A stretch of 35,813 bases of DNA from Candidatus Woesearchaeota archaeon (GCA_964600865.1 CAZRJP010000005.1:1-35813); one strand, 5' to 3'; positions 26,680-35,813 are shown, numbered from the stretch's first letter. Notes: generated by a model from the sequence alone, not told the origin. Numbers and translations are program-made.

Positions 26680-27086
26680 ATGTCCATCACAACTTGGCAA
26701 ATCCAACCATTTGAATCTTTTTTTACAAACATTTCATTATAAGTAACAGATTTTATATGTGTTTTGATATTATATTTTTTTGCTAAATCTCCTTTAATCT
26801 CACATTTTAATGCATTCTTGCCAGCATTTATTTCAACATTAACTTTAGAAGGTAAAAGGTTTTCTGTTTCAAATAAAAACAAAATCTCTTCTAAAAAATT
26901 ATACATAAGGCTTTCTTTATCATTTCCTTTAACCTTAAAACTTTTTTTTATTTTTTTCTTTATTTTATCATCACATAAAGAATCAATAACAGCATAAGCA
27001 GCATTTTCATAACATTTTTCTAGTGTTTTCCCAAATGCCTGAAATTTAATATCTGCAGTATGTTCTAAATATTCAAATTTTTTCAT
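26676..27086 (-). CDS. Archease (RtcB cofactor)
   Basis: Start re-assigned to 27086: MKKFEYLEHTADI, FLEEILFL, IKSVTY and C-terminal VVMDI. Confidence 0.93.
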   Translation of the reverse strand: MKKFEYLEHTADIKFQAFGKTLEKCYENAAYAVIDSLCDDKIKKKIKKSFKVKGNDKESLMYNFLEEILFLFETENLLPSKVNVEINAGKNALKCEIKGDLAKKYNIKTHIKSVTYNEMFVKKDSNGWICQVVMDI

Positions 27087-27146
27087 AAACTCCAAAACAA
27101 AAACATATTTAAATACTTTATACTTTAGTTTTTTGTAAAAGAGAAG

Positions 27147-27701
27147 ATGATACAAATAAATATCTCAAATAAAGTCGCATACACCTTTATTGCAATAACT
27201 ATTTTAATTGCACTTGGAGGAATTGTTTATGCTTATGGTGGTTCTCAACCAGAAATAATGGGACATTCTGCAGGAGAGATAGTTTTGCAAAATGGACAGA
27301 ATTTAGAAACAGCCTTTCAGGAGATTAATTCTAATTCTGAACTTACCCCAGGAGATATTTCTATTGCAAATGCAGGAGACACAACACATGTAGGACATGA
27401 TTGGACGGTTGTTAAGAAATTTAAAATGGGGACAGACGGCTCTGCCAATTTTAATGCAGATATAGAGTCATGCCGTATCGATAAAACTTTTAGAATTCGT
27501 TATAGAAAAAATGAAGAAGATATAGAGGACACTTTATGTGAGACCAATACAAAAACTTCTTGTTCATCAGTATTGGATTTTAACAAAGGAGACGAAATCA
27601 AAATGATGGTACGGGGAACTAAGTATTGTTCTTCAATCGTTTCTGATATACACATTAGAGTAGATAATGCTCCTACAGCAGAAATTTTACCTATGGAATA
27701 A
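27147..27701 (+). CDS. Secreted or membrane-anchored hypothetical protein
   Basis: N-terminal TM followed by VYAYGGSQPEIMGHSAGEI and a beta-rich C-terminal domain with 4 Cys. Confidence 0.75.
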   Translation: MIQINISNKVAYTFIAITILIALGGIVYAYGGSQPEIMGHSAGEIVLQNGQNLETAFQEINSNSELTPGDISIANAGDTTHVGHDWTVVKKFKMGTDGSANFNADIESCRIDKTFRIRYRKNEEDIEDTLCETNTKTSCSSVLDFNKGDEIKMMVRGTKYCSSIVSDIHIRVDNAPTAEILPME

Positions 27702-27842
27702 TTTATTGAATATAATTATATTTTTTTTGAGGAGATTTGTTGTTATTATGATTATTATTGTAAGGTAATCTACCAATAAAATTTATTTTTTATTACTATT
27801 CCCTTTAATTCTAATTATTTGAAAGATACATTTATTGTAGAT

Positions 27843-27875
27843 TCTGGTTTGTAGTGTATCTTTTTGAAAGATACA
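27843..27875. repeat. Divergent member of the CTGGTTT plus palindrome family
   Basis: tctggtttgtag followed by tgtatcttt-ttg-aaagataca (27855-27875); extra half-site ttgaaagatacat at 27819-27831. Confidence 0.7.
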
Positions 27876-28325
27876 TTATTCTTCAATCCAACAAAACATC
27901 TTCAATTGCCTTGGAGAGTACTCTCTTAGGTTTGCTGCAATTGCAATAGAACTAACATAAACATTAGACTGATATGTCTCTTGTGAACAGATATCTTTTA
28001 ATTTACATAATTTAGCATTGCAAGTTAAATAATTAGGCATTCTTGTTTCAATCTTCTCTTTAATCCCATCTAATCCTTGGCTATCAAAATCATCCCATTT
28101 AACTGACAAGTTATCTTCAGGAACAGATAAGATATCACTCCTTAATTCTTCATTTAATTGAATTTCTTTAAGAACAGATTTTTCTATCTCATATATTTCT
28201 TTAGAATCATCTGTTTTAGTAACATATCCCTTGTTTATAACAATAAGTAAAACACTAGAAACTAACATAATTGCAATAAATGCTTCTACAATTTTTATCC
28301 ATCCTCTTTTATTTTTTATCATCAT
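27876..28325 (-). CDS. Pilin-like protein with class III signal peptide
   Basis: NKRG|WIKIVEAFIAIMLVSSVLLIVI; lies in the type IV pilus locus. Confidence 0.75.
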   Translation of the reverse strand: MMIKNKRGWIKIVEAFIAIMLVSSVLLIVINKGYVTKTDDSKEIYEIEKSVLKEIQLNEELRSDILSVPEDNLSVKWDDFDSQGLDGIKEKIETRMPNYLTCNAKLCKLKDICSQETYQSNVYVSSIAIAANLREYSPRQLKMFCWIEE

Positions 28326-28410
28326 TTTTATTATCTCTCTTTTTTATTTATTTTTTAATCCAGATTTTGCCTTTTTATCTTTGTTTTATTTTTTTATTTG
28401 TTTTCCCTCT

Positions 28411-28647
28411 TATCTTGGTTTGATTTAAAACCTTCTTTTTTTATCCTGGTTTGATTTTTTTATTTGTTTTCCTTTTATTTTCTGGTTTTGTCTTTTATCC
28501 TGGTTTACTCTAAATTTTTTTAAAAAATTTATTGATCTAAAACCTTCTTTTTAATCCTGGTTTTGTCTAATCTTTTTTGAAAAGATTATTTTGAAAGTTT
28601 TATTTATGTCCTATCCTGGTTTGATCTAAAACTTTTTGAAAGTTTTA
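28411..28647. repeat. Cluster of TATCCTGGTTT boxes and three palindromes
   Basis: Boxes near 28411, 28442, 28496, 28553 and 28612; palindromes at 28511-28531, 28568-28588 and 28627-28647. Confidence 0.9.
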
Positions 28648-28648
28648 T

Positions 28649-29365
28649 TTACCATACTTTAATTCTTAAAAAACCAGGTTTAATATTAGCAGATTCATCT
28701 ACATATTGAATAGGTAACTCCTTAACATAAATGTTTTCCTTCACATCTTCGTCATTTGTTTTAATAGTACCTCCATCACTATATTCAAAGCTAAGACCAA
28801 AATTATCTCCACTAGGAATATCTAACTTTTCTTTTATATTATTGTACTCTTTTTTTGATTCAGTGATATTATTAATTATTTCTTCTATCTTAACTTCAAA
28901 AGGATGTTTGGTTGTTCTTAATAAAATAATTTCATAATCAGATTCATCTGGTTCCTCACAATTTAATCTATCTATATCTTCCTCAAATTGTTTAGAATAA
29001 TATACTTTTACAATCTCTGCCCCACTTCTTTCAAATTCAACTTCATTATACATAGAATGCTCTAAAATTTCAGGGACATTTTTTCCTACGTCTTTAACAA
29101 TTGCATTCAATTCTCCAACACCATTAATAGGTATTTTAACACAGTCATCTGCTTTTTTATCAAATTCAATTGTTGCTGTAGTAACATAATCAGAGACCTC
29201 GCTCTTTAAACCTTCTTTAACTGAATCTAGTAATTCTTGTTTGTCTCTTCCTTGTTTTGCTACGGGTTCAGTTATTGAAAAAAGGAATATTAAGAAAGTG
29301 ATGAATATAACAAAAGATAACATCATTCCAACATGTGAGCCTTTTTTATTTTTTATCTTAATCAT
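28649..29365 (-). CDS. Pilin-like protein with class III signal peptide
   Basis: NKKG|SHVGMMLSFVIFITFLIFLFSI, ending in a beta strand FLRIKVW. Confidence 0.72.
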   Translation of the reverse strand: MIKIKNKKGSHVGMMLSFVIFITFLIFLFSITEPVAKQGRDKQELLDSVKEGLKSEVSDYVTTATIEFDKKADDCVKIPINGVGELNAIVKDVGKNVPEILEHSMYNEVEFERSGAEIVKVYYSKQFEEDIDRLNCEEPDESDYEIILLRTTKHPFEVKIEEIINNITESKKEYNNIKEKLDIPSGDNFGLSFEYSDGGTIKTNDEDVKENIYVKELPIQYVDESANIKPGFLRIKVW

Positions 29366-29395
29366 TTTAATATTAAATATTTTAAATTATTAAAT

Positions 29396-30226
29396 TTATC
29401 CTCCAAAAAATGCATTTGCTCCTGCAGATATTAAAAAAGACATAACAACCAATGCAAAGGAATGTTTTATCCCTGCCTTAATGTTCCCTGCAGATAATTT
29501 TCCTATTGTTAGTCCAGAAAAAAATCCTTGGACTAAAAGAAGATATAGAAATGCATTAGATATTTTTGATTGATCTATTGCTTGTCCACCTCCAAGTCCA
29601 AATCCCCCACCAACATCTGCAATACCTGAAATCATTGGGAGAATTCTAAATTGCATAACTAGTATTATAATTATGAATACAAAAAAGATAATATATCCTT
29701 GAACTACAAGTGTTTGTATTGTAGCCTTTCTTTCTTTTTTTAGTTTTTCAGAGGTACTAACTGCATTTGCAACACTTTCAAGAATAACTCCAATATCTCC
29801 TCCAGCTCTCTCAGCCTGCCCAATTAAAGTTAATGCTCTTGAAATAGATTTATTATTAACATCTTTTGAAAAGGTCTTTAGTGCTTTATTTAATGGTATA
29901 CCTAATTGGATTTGATTAGCTAATTTATTAATATTCTCAGTTAAAACACCATATGGCCTATCTTTAACATTTAATATACTTTTACTAATAGGTGTACCTG
30001 TTTTTACACTTTCTACAAGATTTCTTGCAAATTCAAGAAACATCTCTTCTTTTTCATTTGCAACAATTGTTTCTCTTATAAGAGAAAAAACAAAAGGACT
30101 TAAAGCAATTAAAACACCAATTCCAATAAAAAAGAAAAACATAGCAGTTCCAAAAAATAAAAAAGAAAAACCTGCAACAGCTAAACCGAATATTATTCCA
30201 ATAAGATGACTAGCTTTTAACCTCAT
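29396..30226 (-). CDS. Type IV pilus membrane platform protein (T2SSF / TadC / ArlJ-like)
   Basis: EEMFLEFARNLVESVKTGTP, YGVL, QIQLGIPLNKAL, AERAGGDIGVILE and multiple TM helices. Confidence 0.9.
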   Translation of the reverse strand: MRLKASHLIGIIFGLAVAGFSFLFFGTAMFFFFIGIGVLIALSPFVFSLIRETIVANEKEEMFLEFARNLVESVKTGTPISKSILNVKDRPYGVLTENINKLANQIQLGIPLNKALKTFSKDVNNKSISRALTLIGQAERAGGDIGVILESVANAVSTSEKLKKERKATIQTLVVQGYIIFFVFIIIILVMQFRILPMISGIADVGGGFGLGGGQAIDQSKISNAFLYLLLVQGFFSGLTIGKLSAGNIKAGIKHSFALVVMSFLISAGANAFFGG

Positions 30227-30256
30227 TTTATTATATATTCGAAGATTTCCAAGTTT

Positions 30257-31483
30257 TTAAAACTTCATAGTATAACCTAATTCTAGGTTTAATCCATTGT
30301 CCTTCCCAAAAATAGTATTTTCCATTATGTCTTCTTTGTTATATGCTAAATCAAAAAATATGCCTTTTTTATCACTATTATGCACTTTCCCTTTAACTCC
30401 AACTGAAAGACCCTTTATATTTGCATTCTCAAAATTTAGATAATTATAAAACCTCATTGAGAAATTATCTTTTTTTATCCCTCCATATTCTGCACCAATT
30501 CTAATATTTTTTACCTCTCCTCCCATTGGATCTGCATCAAATCCAAAATTAATATCTATGGGTAAATCACTATGTGGATTCACTTTTGAATTAACATCAA
30601 AATAACTCCCTTTTGAAGTCATATAAAGATTAATAATCGGCCAAGTCATCTTCATATCACCAATATTAAAAGAACTAAATTTATGTTCTCTATTATCTTG
30701 ACCTCCAGATAAATAACTAAATATGCTCGCATAACTTTCATAAAAACATGAAGATAGTAATTCTGAAAAAAGAACTTGATTGTAATACCCTTTTTTATCT
30801 AATTCTATGCCTTTTTCATTTAATTTAGTGATGTAAGAATTAACATCATCTCTAGAAGTTACATCCTCCTCTAATCCAGAAAATAGAATATAAGTTAAAT
30901 CCTGCATTTTATTTGTCAATAAAAATATATTATCATAAAAGGTGTTTTTATTCTTAAAAGACTTCTCCCACTGATTATAAGATGCATACTCTGCTTGATT
31001 TAAGCCATCTAAATGAATCTTAATTGACTCTTCCTCATTCATATCATTAAGAATATCATTTGGAAGTTTTTCATCTATCATAGGCCATAAGCCTCTTTCT
31101 AAATCAATTTCAGTATTAAATCCTTTTTTAAATCCATATTTTCTAGGAATAAATAAATGAGCATTTTCATGTTGATAATATGCTATCATCTCTGAGAAAT
31201 ATAACCCCATTATAACATCACCTAATCTTCCTTTCCAATCTCCTTCACCATTAAACTTTCTGAATTTATCATTACAATTAGATGTAACTTGATAAAGAGA
31301 GTTCCAAAAATTAGTATTAGAATCATAATTATCAAATGGATAATCAAAATTAACCATAATTTCTCTTTCTAATGATTTTTGTTCTATATTCTGTTCTTCT
31401 GCTAATGAATTTTTTGAAAGACCTAGTAATCCACTAGCCCCAATTAAGCCATAAGCAAGTAAGTTCTTCATATTATTTGTCAT
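30257..31483 (-). CDS. Secreted hypothetical protein with HExxH motif and beta-strand-rich C-terminus ending in Phe
   Basis: Sec-like signal ending SLA|EE, YYQHENAH, alternating-pattern strands and terminal LNLELGYTMKF. Confidence 0.7.
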   Translation of the reverse strand: MTNNMKNLLAYGLIGASGLLGLSKNSLAEEQNIEQKSLEREIMVNFDYPFDNYDSNTNFWNSLYQVTSNCNDKFRKFNGEGDWKGRLGDVIMGLYFSEMIAYYQHENAHLFIPRKYGFKKGFNTEIDLERGLWPMIDEKLPNDILNDMNEEESIKIHLDGLNQAEYASYNQWEKSFKNKNTFYDNIFLLTNKMQDLTYILFSGLEEDVTSRDDVNSYITKLNEKGIELDKKGYYNQVLFSELLSSCFYESYASIFSYLSGGQDNREHKFSSFNIGDMKMTWPIINLYMTSKGSYFDVNSKVNPHSDLPIDINFGFDADPMGGEVKNIRIGAEYGGIKKDNFSMRFYNYLNFENANIKGLSVGVKGKVHNSDKKGIFFDLAYNKEDIMENTIFGKDNGLNLELGYTMKF

Positions 31484-31514
31484 AACTCTGGAGATACAAC
31501 AAAACTTATAAACA

Positions 31515-32876
31515 TTATGTTTTAGATTTCAATTGTAAGAATATTAAGAATAATATATTAACAAAACTAACTCCTAAAACCATAACTAAAGAAATCATAC
31601 TTGCACTTAATGAAATACCTAATCCTGAAACTCCCATCATTATCAATAATAACATTAATATCATTGGAGCAGCTATAACTACACTAATATAAATATCCAT
31701 AAAAGTCTCTGCAGATTTTGTTTTCTTTTCTTTCTCTATTCTATAATCAAATAATAAACTCTGTGCACGTTTCTCAAAGAATTCTGATAAATCTCCTCCT
31801 GAGGTAATTGTGGTTGCAAGACCATCGAATAATTCCGCAAGTTTTCTACTAGGATTATTAAATGCAGCTTTTCTTAATGCACTAACTAAATCCTTACCAA
31901 AGACATTAACTTCATTAAGTAATTTAACAAACTCTTTTTGTAATGTAGGATAATCATTTGTTTTTACCATTATTTTAAAGATATTAGTTGGTTCTATCAT
32001 TGATTCTGAAATAGATGCCATATTAATAGTTGCAAAAGGCAATTCTTGAGATATCCTATTTTCAATTGATTTTTTCTCTATTCTTGGATAAAAATAAGTC
32101 AGAAAAAATGTTAAAATTGGAATAACAATCAATATCCATCCAAAACTAAAGATTCTTGATGAGATACTTTCATTTGCAACTGTAATAAAAGGATACATAA
32201 CTCCAAAACTAAAAAACAAGAAGAATGTAAGTATAATAAAACTAGCAATAAACGAAATAAAAGTATTAAATAAGATAATAGAAACATAACTTTTTGTTAA
32301 AAATTGCATATTCCCTTTAATTAGGTTCATTTTTAGTTCCTTGAAAAATCCTTTTTTTAATAATTTTTCAGAAACTACTGAAAAAAGTTTATTTGCACTT
32401 TGAACATATTTGCTTGCTTTTTTCTTCTTTTTTTTAACGTTCTCTTTTTGGTCTTTTTCTCTTCTTTTTTTTATTCTTCTTAAAGTGTCTCTTTCAAATT
32501 CTTCTATTTTTATTTTTGCTTTTCTACTTTTTATTTTCTTTTTAGATTTAAATTTTTTCTTAGGATGTTTCTTTTTACTTTTTTTAGGCTTCCTTTTACT
32601 AGATTTTTTACTTTTAGATTTTTTAATTGGTTTAAAAGAAGGTTTGGATTTACCTGGACCTAGAGAAATACCTGAAATATCTTTTTTCATACTATTATTT
32701 ATTTTTTTAACAGAATCTTTTAACTTATTAATTTGAGATTGAATCATTCTTTTTTCTTCAGAGTCAGCTGTTTTTTCAAATTCTTTTTTAAGATTAGATA
32801 TTTCTTTAACTGCTTTTCTTTCTTTAGAAATTTTTATGTTGATTTTTGAGAATTTATCTCTTTTTCTTTTTATCAT
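31515..32876 (-). CDS. Type IV pilus membrane platform protein (T2SSF / TadC / ArlJ-like) with Lys-rich N-terminal extension
   Basis: ISQELPFATINMASI, FGKDLVSAL, PSRKLAELFDGLATTITSGGDLSEFF and DIYISVVIAAP. Confidence 0.9.
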   Translation of the reverse strand: MIKRKRDKFSKINIKISKERKAVKEISNLKKEFEKTADSEEKRMIQSQINKLKDSVKKINNSMKKDISGISLGPGKSKPSFKPIKKSKSKKSSKRKPKKSKKKHPKKKFKSKKKIKSRKAKIKIEEFERDTLRRIKKRREKDQKENVKKKKKKASKYVQSANKLFSVVSEKLLKKGFFKELKMNLIKGNMQFLTKSYVSIILFNTFISFIASFIILTFFLFFSFGVMYPFITVANESISSRIFSFGWILIVIPILTFFLTYFYPRIEKKSIENRISQELPFATINMASISESMIEPTNIFKIMVKTNDYPTLQKEFVKLLNEVNVFGKDLVSALRKAAFNNPSRKLAELFDGLATTITSGGDLSEFFEKRAQSLLFDYRIEKEKKTKSAETFMDIYISVVIAAPMILMLLLIMMGVSGLGISLSASMISLVMVLGVSFVNILFLIFLQLKSKT

Positions 32877-33084
32877 TTTTTAATATTTTATTGATATTAT
32901 CTTGGATTTCTAACATTAGTTTTTTCATTTGTTTAAATTCTTTATAATCTTTTTTCTTATAAGCATCCTTCATTTTTACTTGCGCTTTATCTAATGAATT
33001 TACTAATTGTTTTAAAAATGATCCATCTTTTTCAAATTTTAATCCATTTTCTTCTTTATTTAGCTCTTCACTCTCTTTTATCAT
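32854..33084 (-). CDS. Small helical hypothetical protein
   Basis: 76-aa coiled-coil-like ORF between the ATPase and the platform gene. Confidence 0.6.
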   Translation of the reverse strand: MIKESEELNKEENGLKFEKDGSFLKQLVNSLDKAQVKMKDAYKKKDYKEFKQMKKLMLEIQDNINKILKNDKKKKR

Positions 33085-33120
33085 GTTTGTGAATAGAAAT
33101 AGAGATTATTAAAGATTTTG

Positions 33121-34665
33121 TTATCTAATACCAAATTTTTTCAACACTTTTTTAGGTTCTTTGTAATATTTATTAATAACTTTTTGAACCTCTTTAAATT
33201 TCATAATCTTTTGTTGTCGCAATTTTTTTAATAATTCAGTTCTCCTTGCAAATTCTTTATTTAATTCTTGCATTGAAAGACCATTTCTTGATGAGATTTT
33301 TTCAAATACTTTTTTTTCATCTTTAAAATAAAATCTATCTTTTTGAGAATCCCAGTAAAAAGGTTTATTTGTAAGTGCAACACCATTAGATTTAACATCT
33401 ATTATTTCAACTATTTCTCTTAATTTTCTTTCTTCTTCACCCTTAACATTTGCATGACTCATAATGCAAACACAATCTAAGATATTTAGTAAAGTAGGAG
33501 ATAATTCAATTGGAGGGCTTTCTAATCTTTTTATTACAGTATCTACTGATTCTGCATGAATAGTACCTATTGAAGAATGTCCTGAAGCCATACCCTGAAA
33601 TAAAACATAGGCTTCTTTCCCTCTAACCTCTCCAACAACAACATAATCAGGATTTTGTCTAAATGATGTTTTTAATAATGCAAATAAATCAATTTCTCCT
33701 GCACCTCTAATTCCTGTAGCAGTCCTTACTACACTTGGAAGCCAGTTCTCTCTTGGAAGATTTAATTCTCGTGTGTCTTCAATTGAAACTACCCTGTCTT
33801 CTGGAGGGATAAAAAATGCAACAGCATTCAACAAAGTAGTTTTTCCAGATGCAGTTCCCCCTGCAATTAAAAAATTCATTCCATATTGAACTAACATCCA
33901 TAAATAAGCCATTCCTTCTGGGCTAAGAGTTTCAAAATCAATTAATTGTATAGGTGTCCAAGGTGTTTTAGTAAATTTTCTTATTGTAAAAGTAGGTCCT
34001 CTACTAGTAATATCTTTAGTATAAGTAGCATTAACCCTACTTCCATCTGGCAATCTAGAATCCAAAATAGGATTTGAATAAGAGATATATTTCCCACTTC
34101 TTTGAGCAAGTTTTTCTACAAAACTTTCTAATTTTTTTGAACTTTTAAATACAAGGTTTGTCCTTATATTTCTATAAATTCTATGAACAATATAAACTGG
34201 TCCTCCACTCCCATTACATTCAATATCCTCTACAAAATAATCTCTTAATAATGGTTCAGTTTCATTAAAACCCATAAAATCTCTTGCAAGATAATAAAAT
34301 ATTTTCTTATAACTATCATAACTTATATCCATTCCTAGTTCAATAGCAAGAACTCTAAACATCTTATCAATATAATCTAATAGATTACCTTTCTTTTTAT
34401 CAACTATTTCTTCAAAATTCATCATTTCAGACATAGCAGATATAATCTCTTTTTTATACTTTTTTTCTTGTTCATTTAATATTGGTTCTTCTATCTCATA
34501 GATTAATTCAGATTTTTTCTTATTCCAATGAATATGTGCAAATGCAAATGGTTTTATTAAAACATACCTAATATCTACCTTAGTTTTATTCTTTAGTTTT
34601 TTAATCTTAGGAATTTTAGGATTAAAATCTATTTTCACTTTTGGGAATTTTTCTATTGCAGTCAT
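33121..34665 (-). CDS. Type IV pilus assembly ATPase (VirB11/TadA/ArlI family)
   Basis: EDIECNG, LPDGSRVNAT, FTIRKF, Walker A GGTASGKTT, SIEDTREL, RQNPDYVVVGEVRG and GH...TIHA. Confidence 0.95.
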   Translation of the reverse strand: MTAIEKFPKVKIDFNPKIPKIKKLKNKTKVDIRYVLIKPFAFAHIHWNKKKSELIYEIEEPILNEQEKKYKKEIISAMSEMMNFEEIVDKKKGNLLDYIDKMFRVLAIELGMDISYDSYKKIFYYLARDFMGFNETEPLLRDYFVEDIECNGSGGPVYIVHRIYRNIRTNLVFKSSKKLESFVEKLAQRSGKYISYSNPILDSRLPDGSRVNATYTKDITSRGPTFTIRKFTKTPWTPIQLIDFETLSPEGMAYLWMLVQYGMNFLIAGGTASGKTTLLNAVAFFIPPEDRVVSIEDTRELNLPRENWLPSVVRTATGIRGAGEIDLFALLKTSFRQNPDYVVVGEVRGKEAYVLFQGMASGHSSIGTIHAESVDTVIKRLESPPIELSPTLLNILDCVCIMSHANVKGEEERKLREIVEIIDVKSNGVALTNKPFYWDSQKDRFYFKDEKKVFEKISSRNGLSMQELNKEFARRTELLKKLRQQKIMKFKEVQKVINKYYKEPKKVLKKFGIR

Positions 34666-34666
34666 T

Positions 34667-35188
34667 TTAATTTATTGTAACATCTACTTGTGTTTTACTT
34701 TGCTCATTTGCTCCTTTATTCTCCACAAATATATTATATGGGGTAGATGCCTTACTTATGGTTTTTAATTTTTGTTCAGAGTTAAACGTTAAATCATAAT
34801 TATAAGCTCTTTTTATTTTAACAGTATATAAATCACCTAATTTTTCTGTTTTAATAATTAAATTACCTTCAGAAATTTCTTCTCCAACATCACTATAAAG
34901 ATATCTTCCAGTTAACTCAAATTCTATTTTATCTTCTTTAGAATTAATTTTTAAAGAACCCTTTTTAATAGAAACCTCTAATTTTCTCTTATTTCCAGCA
35001 ACATTTCCAGTAACACTTCCTATTGTTTCATCTAAAGATTTCATAAGTTCAATTGATTGATCAACATATGCCTTATCTTGCATTTCCTCTATTTTTGGTT
35101 TAGCAAACCCTAAAACAGCTCCTATTAAAATAAATGCAATAAGAGTGTAAATAACTGTTTCTATCCAAACTTGGCCTCTTTTTAACAT
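34667..35188 (-). CDS. Pilin-like protein with class III signal peptide
   Basis: MLKRG|QVWIETVIYTLIAFILIGAVL with Glu at +5. Confidence 0.82.
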   Translation of the reverse strand: MLKRGQVWIETVIYTLIAFILIGAVLGFAKPKIEEMQDKAYVDQSIELMKSLDETIGSVTGNVAGNKRKLEVSIKKGSLKINSKEDKIEFELTGRYLYSDVGEEISEGNLIIKTEKLGDLYTVKIKRAYNYDLTFNSEQKLKTISKASTPYNIFVENKGANEQSKTQVDVTIN

Positions 35189-35255
35189 CTTTAATATATT
35201 GTGAATATAATTTATAATACTTTTTGTTCAATATATATGTTCGTTTACTATTATT

Positions 35256-35777
35256 TTACTCAAAGAAATAACAAGTATCTATCTCATTTAGAGTATCTGT
35301 AGAATCACATTGCTTTTTTCCTACAACTGGAGAAACCTCTATAGAATCTGGTTTATTAGAAAAGTATGTAGTAATATATGTTAATCCTTCGTTTTTACCT
35401 GGCATTTTAACTAAATCATCTCTATCTGGATATGTTTTCAGTCCTTCTATACTCTTCCCCTCTGGAGTTAAGGTATAACTTTTTGTTGTTCCATCCCCAG
35501 AAATAGATACAACTAATTTACTAATATCAATATCTTTAACTTTTACTGAAAATAAAAATTCATTTGCATCTGAAGTAGAATTCCAACAAGTATATTTATT
35601 ATTAATTTCAATCTTTTCAAAAATATCAAAACAACTTCCTGCATCTTCTAATTGTTCTGAAACAAGATTATTAACAACCATCCACACAACACCACCTATT
35701 GCAATAACAAGTGCAATCATAATTACTGTCGCAACAATTCCTGAAACACCTTTTTTATTTGATTTTATTATTTTCAT
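35256..35777 (-). CDS. Archaeal type IV pilin
   Basis: NKKG|VSGIVATVIMIALVIAIGGVVW, a canonical archaeal pilin N-terminus; paired Cys. Confidence 0.88.
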   Translation of the reverse strand: MKIIKSNKKGVSGIVATVIMIALVIAIGGVVWMVVNNLVSEQLEDAGSCFDIFEKIEINNKYTCWNSTSDANEFLFSVKVKDIDISKLVVSISGDGTTKSYTLTPEGKSIEGLKTYPDRDDLVKMPGKNEGLTYITTYFSNKPDSIEVSPVVGKKQCDSTDTLNEIDTCYFFE

Positions 35778-35813
35778 GTTTTATTCTTGTCCTTTCTTCT
35801 TTTGGTTTTATTT

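Noticed and set aside
130-27086. Dedicated RNA-repair supercluster (RNase J, aCPSF1, CCA, RtcB, archease)
   Set aside because: The genes are spread over 27 kb in separate operons, and such density is expected in a small genome dominated by informational genes.
28411-28647. CRISPR array
   Set aside because: Spacing is irregular, the intervening sequences are themselves repeated and low-complexity, and there are no cas genes.
702-32736. Antisense and nested ORFs in the track (e.g. 702-905, 4904-5197, 9204-9698, 10698-10976, 19283-19732, 23539-23787, 28231-28428, 32410-32736)
   Set aside because: Mostly F/L/S/I-rich shadows of Lys/Glu-rich genes or of pyrimidine-rich repeats, overlapping well-supported genes and without motifs.

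Overview
AT-rich archaeal chromosomal DNA, most consistent with a DPANN lineage such as Pacearchaeota/Woesearchaeota (inferred from gene content and style, not a database result). Housekeeping backbone: RNase J, HemK/Mtq2-type methyltransferase, mre11-rad50, proteasome beta plus aCPSF1, presenilin-type protease, TrmB regulator, CCA-adding enzyme, oapA-oapB-oapC, two anchored surface proteins, archease-AKR-rtcB and a type IV pilus locus. An accessory region at about 8.9-14.0 kb holds the best candidates for new biology. (1) A compact RiPP-like operon: a 49-aa peptide missing from the ORF track (9012-9161, with an EEN tripeptide like the pantocin A core), a TraB/Tiki/ChaN-type hydrolase, an RRE-ThiF adenylyltransferase lacking the zinc CxxC, and a 57-aa two-TM protein. 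It lies behind a palindromic operator and TATA box and is followed by a decayed duplicate that lacks the operator and the peptide gene. (2) A degenerate TyrRS-like domain fused to an ArsR-type wHTH, divergent from a TrmB-like gene and convergent with a dTMP-kinase-like gene. (3) A leader with alternative stems over a Shine-Dalgarno sequence. Elsewhere there is a family of 9-bp-stem, 3-nt-loop palindromes with compensatory changes, and an HExxH protein with a beta-barrel-like C-terminus inside the pilus operon. No rRNA, tRNA, CRISPR array, integrase or transposase was recognised. All calls come from reading motifs by eye; no searches were run.
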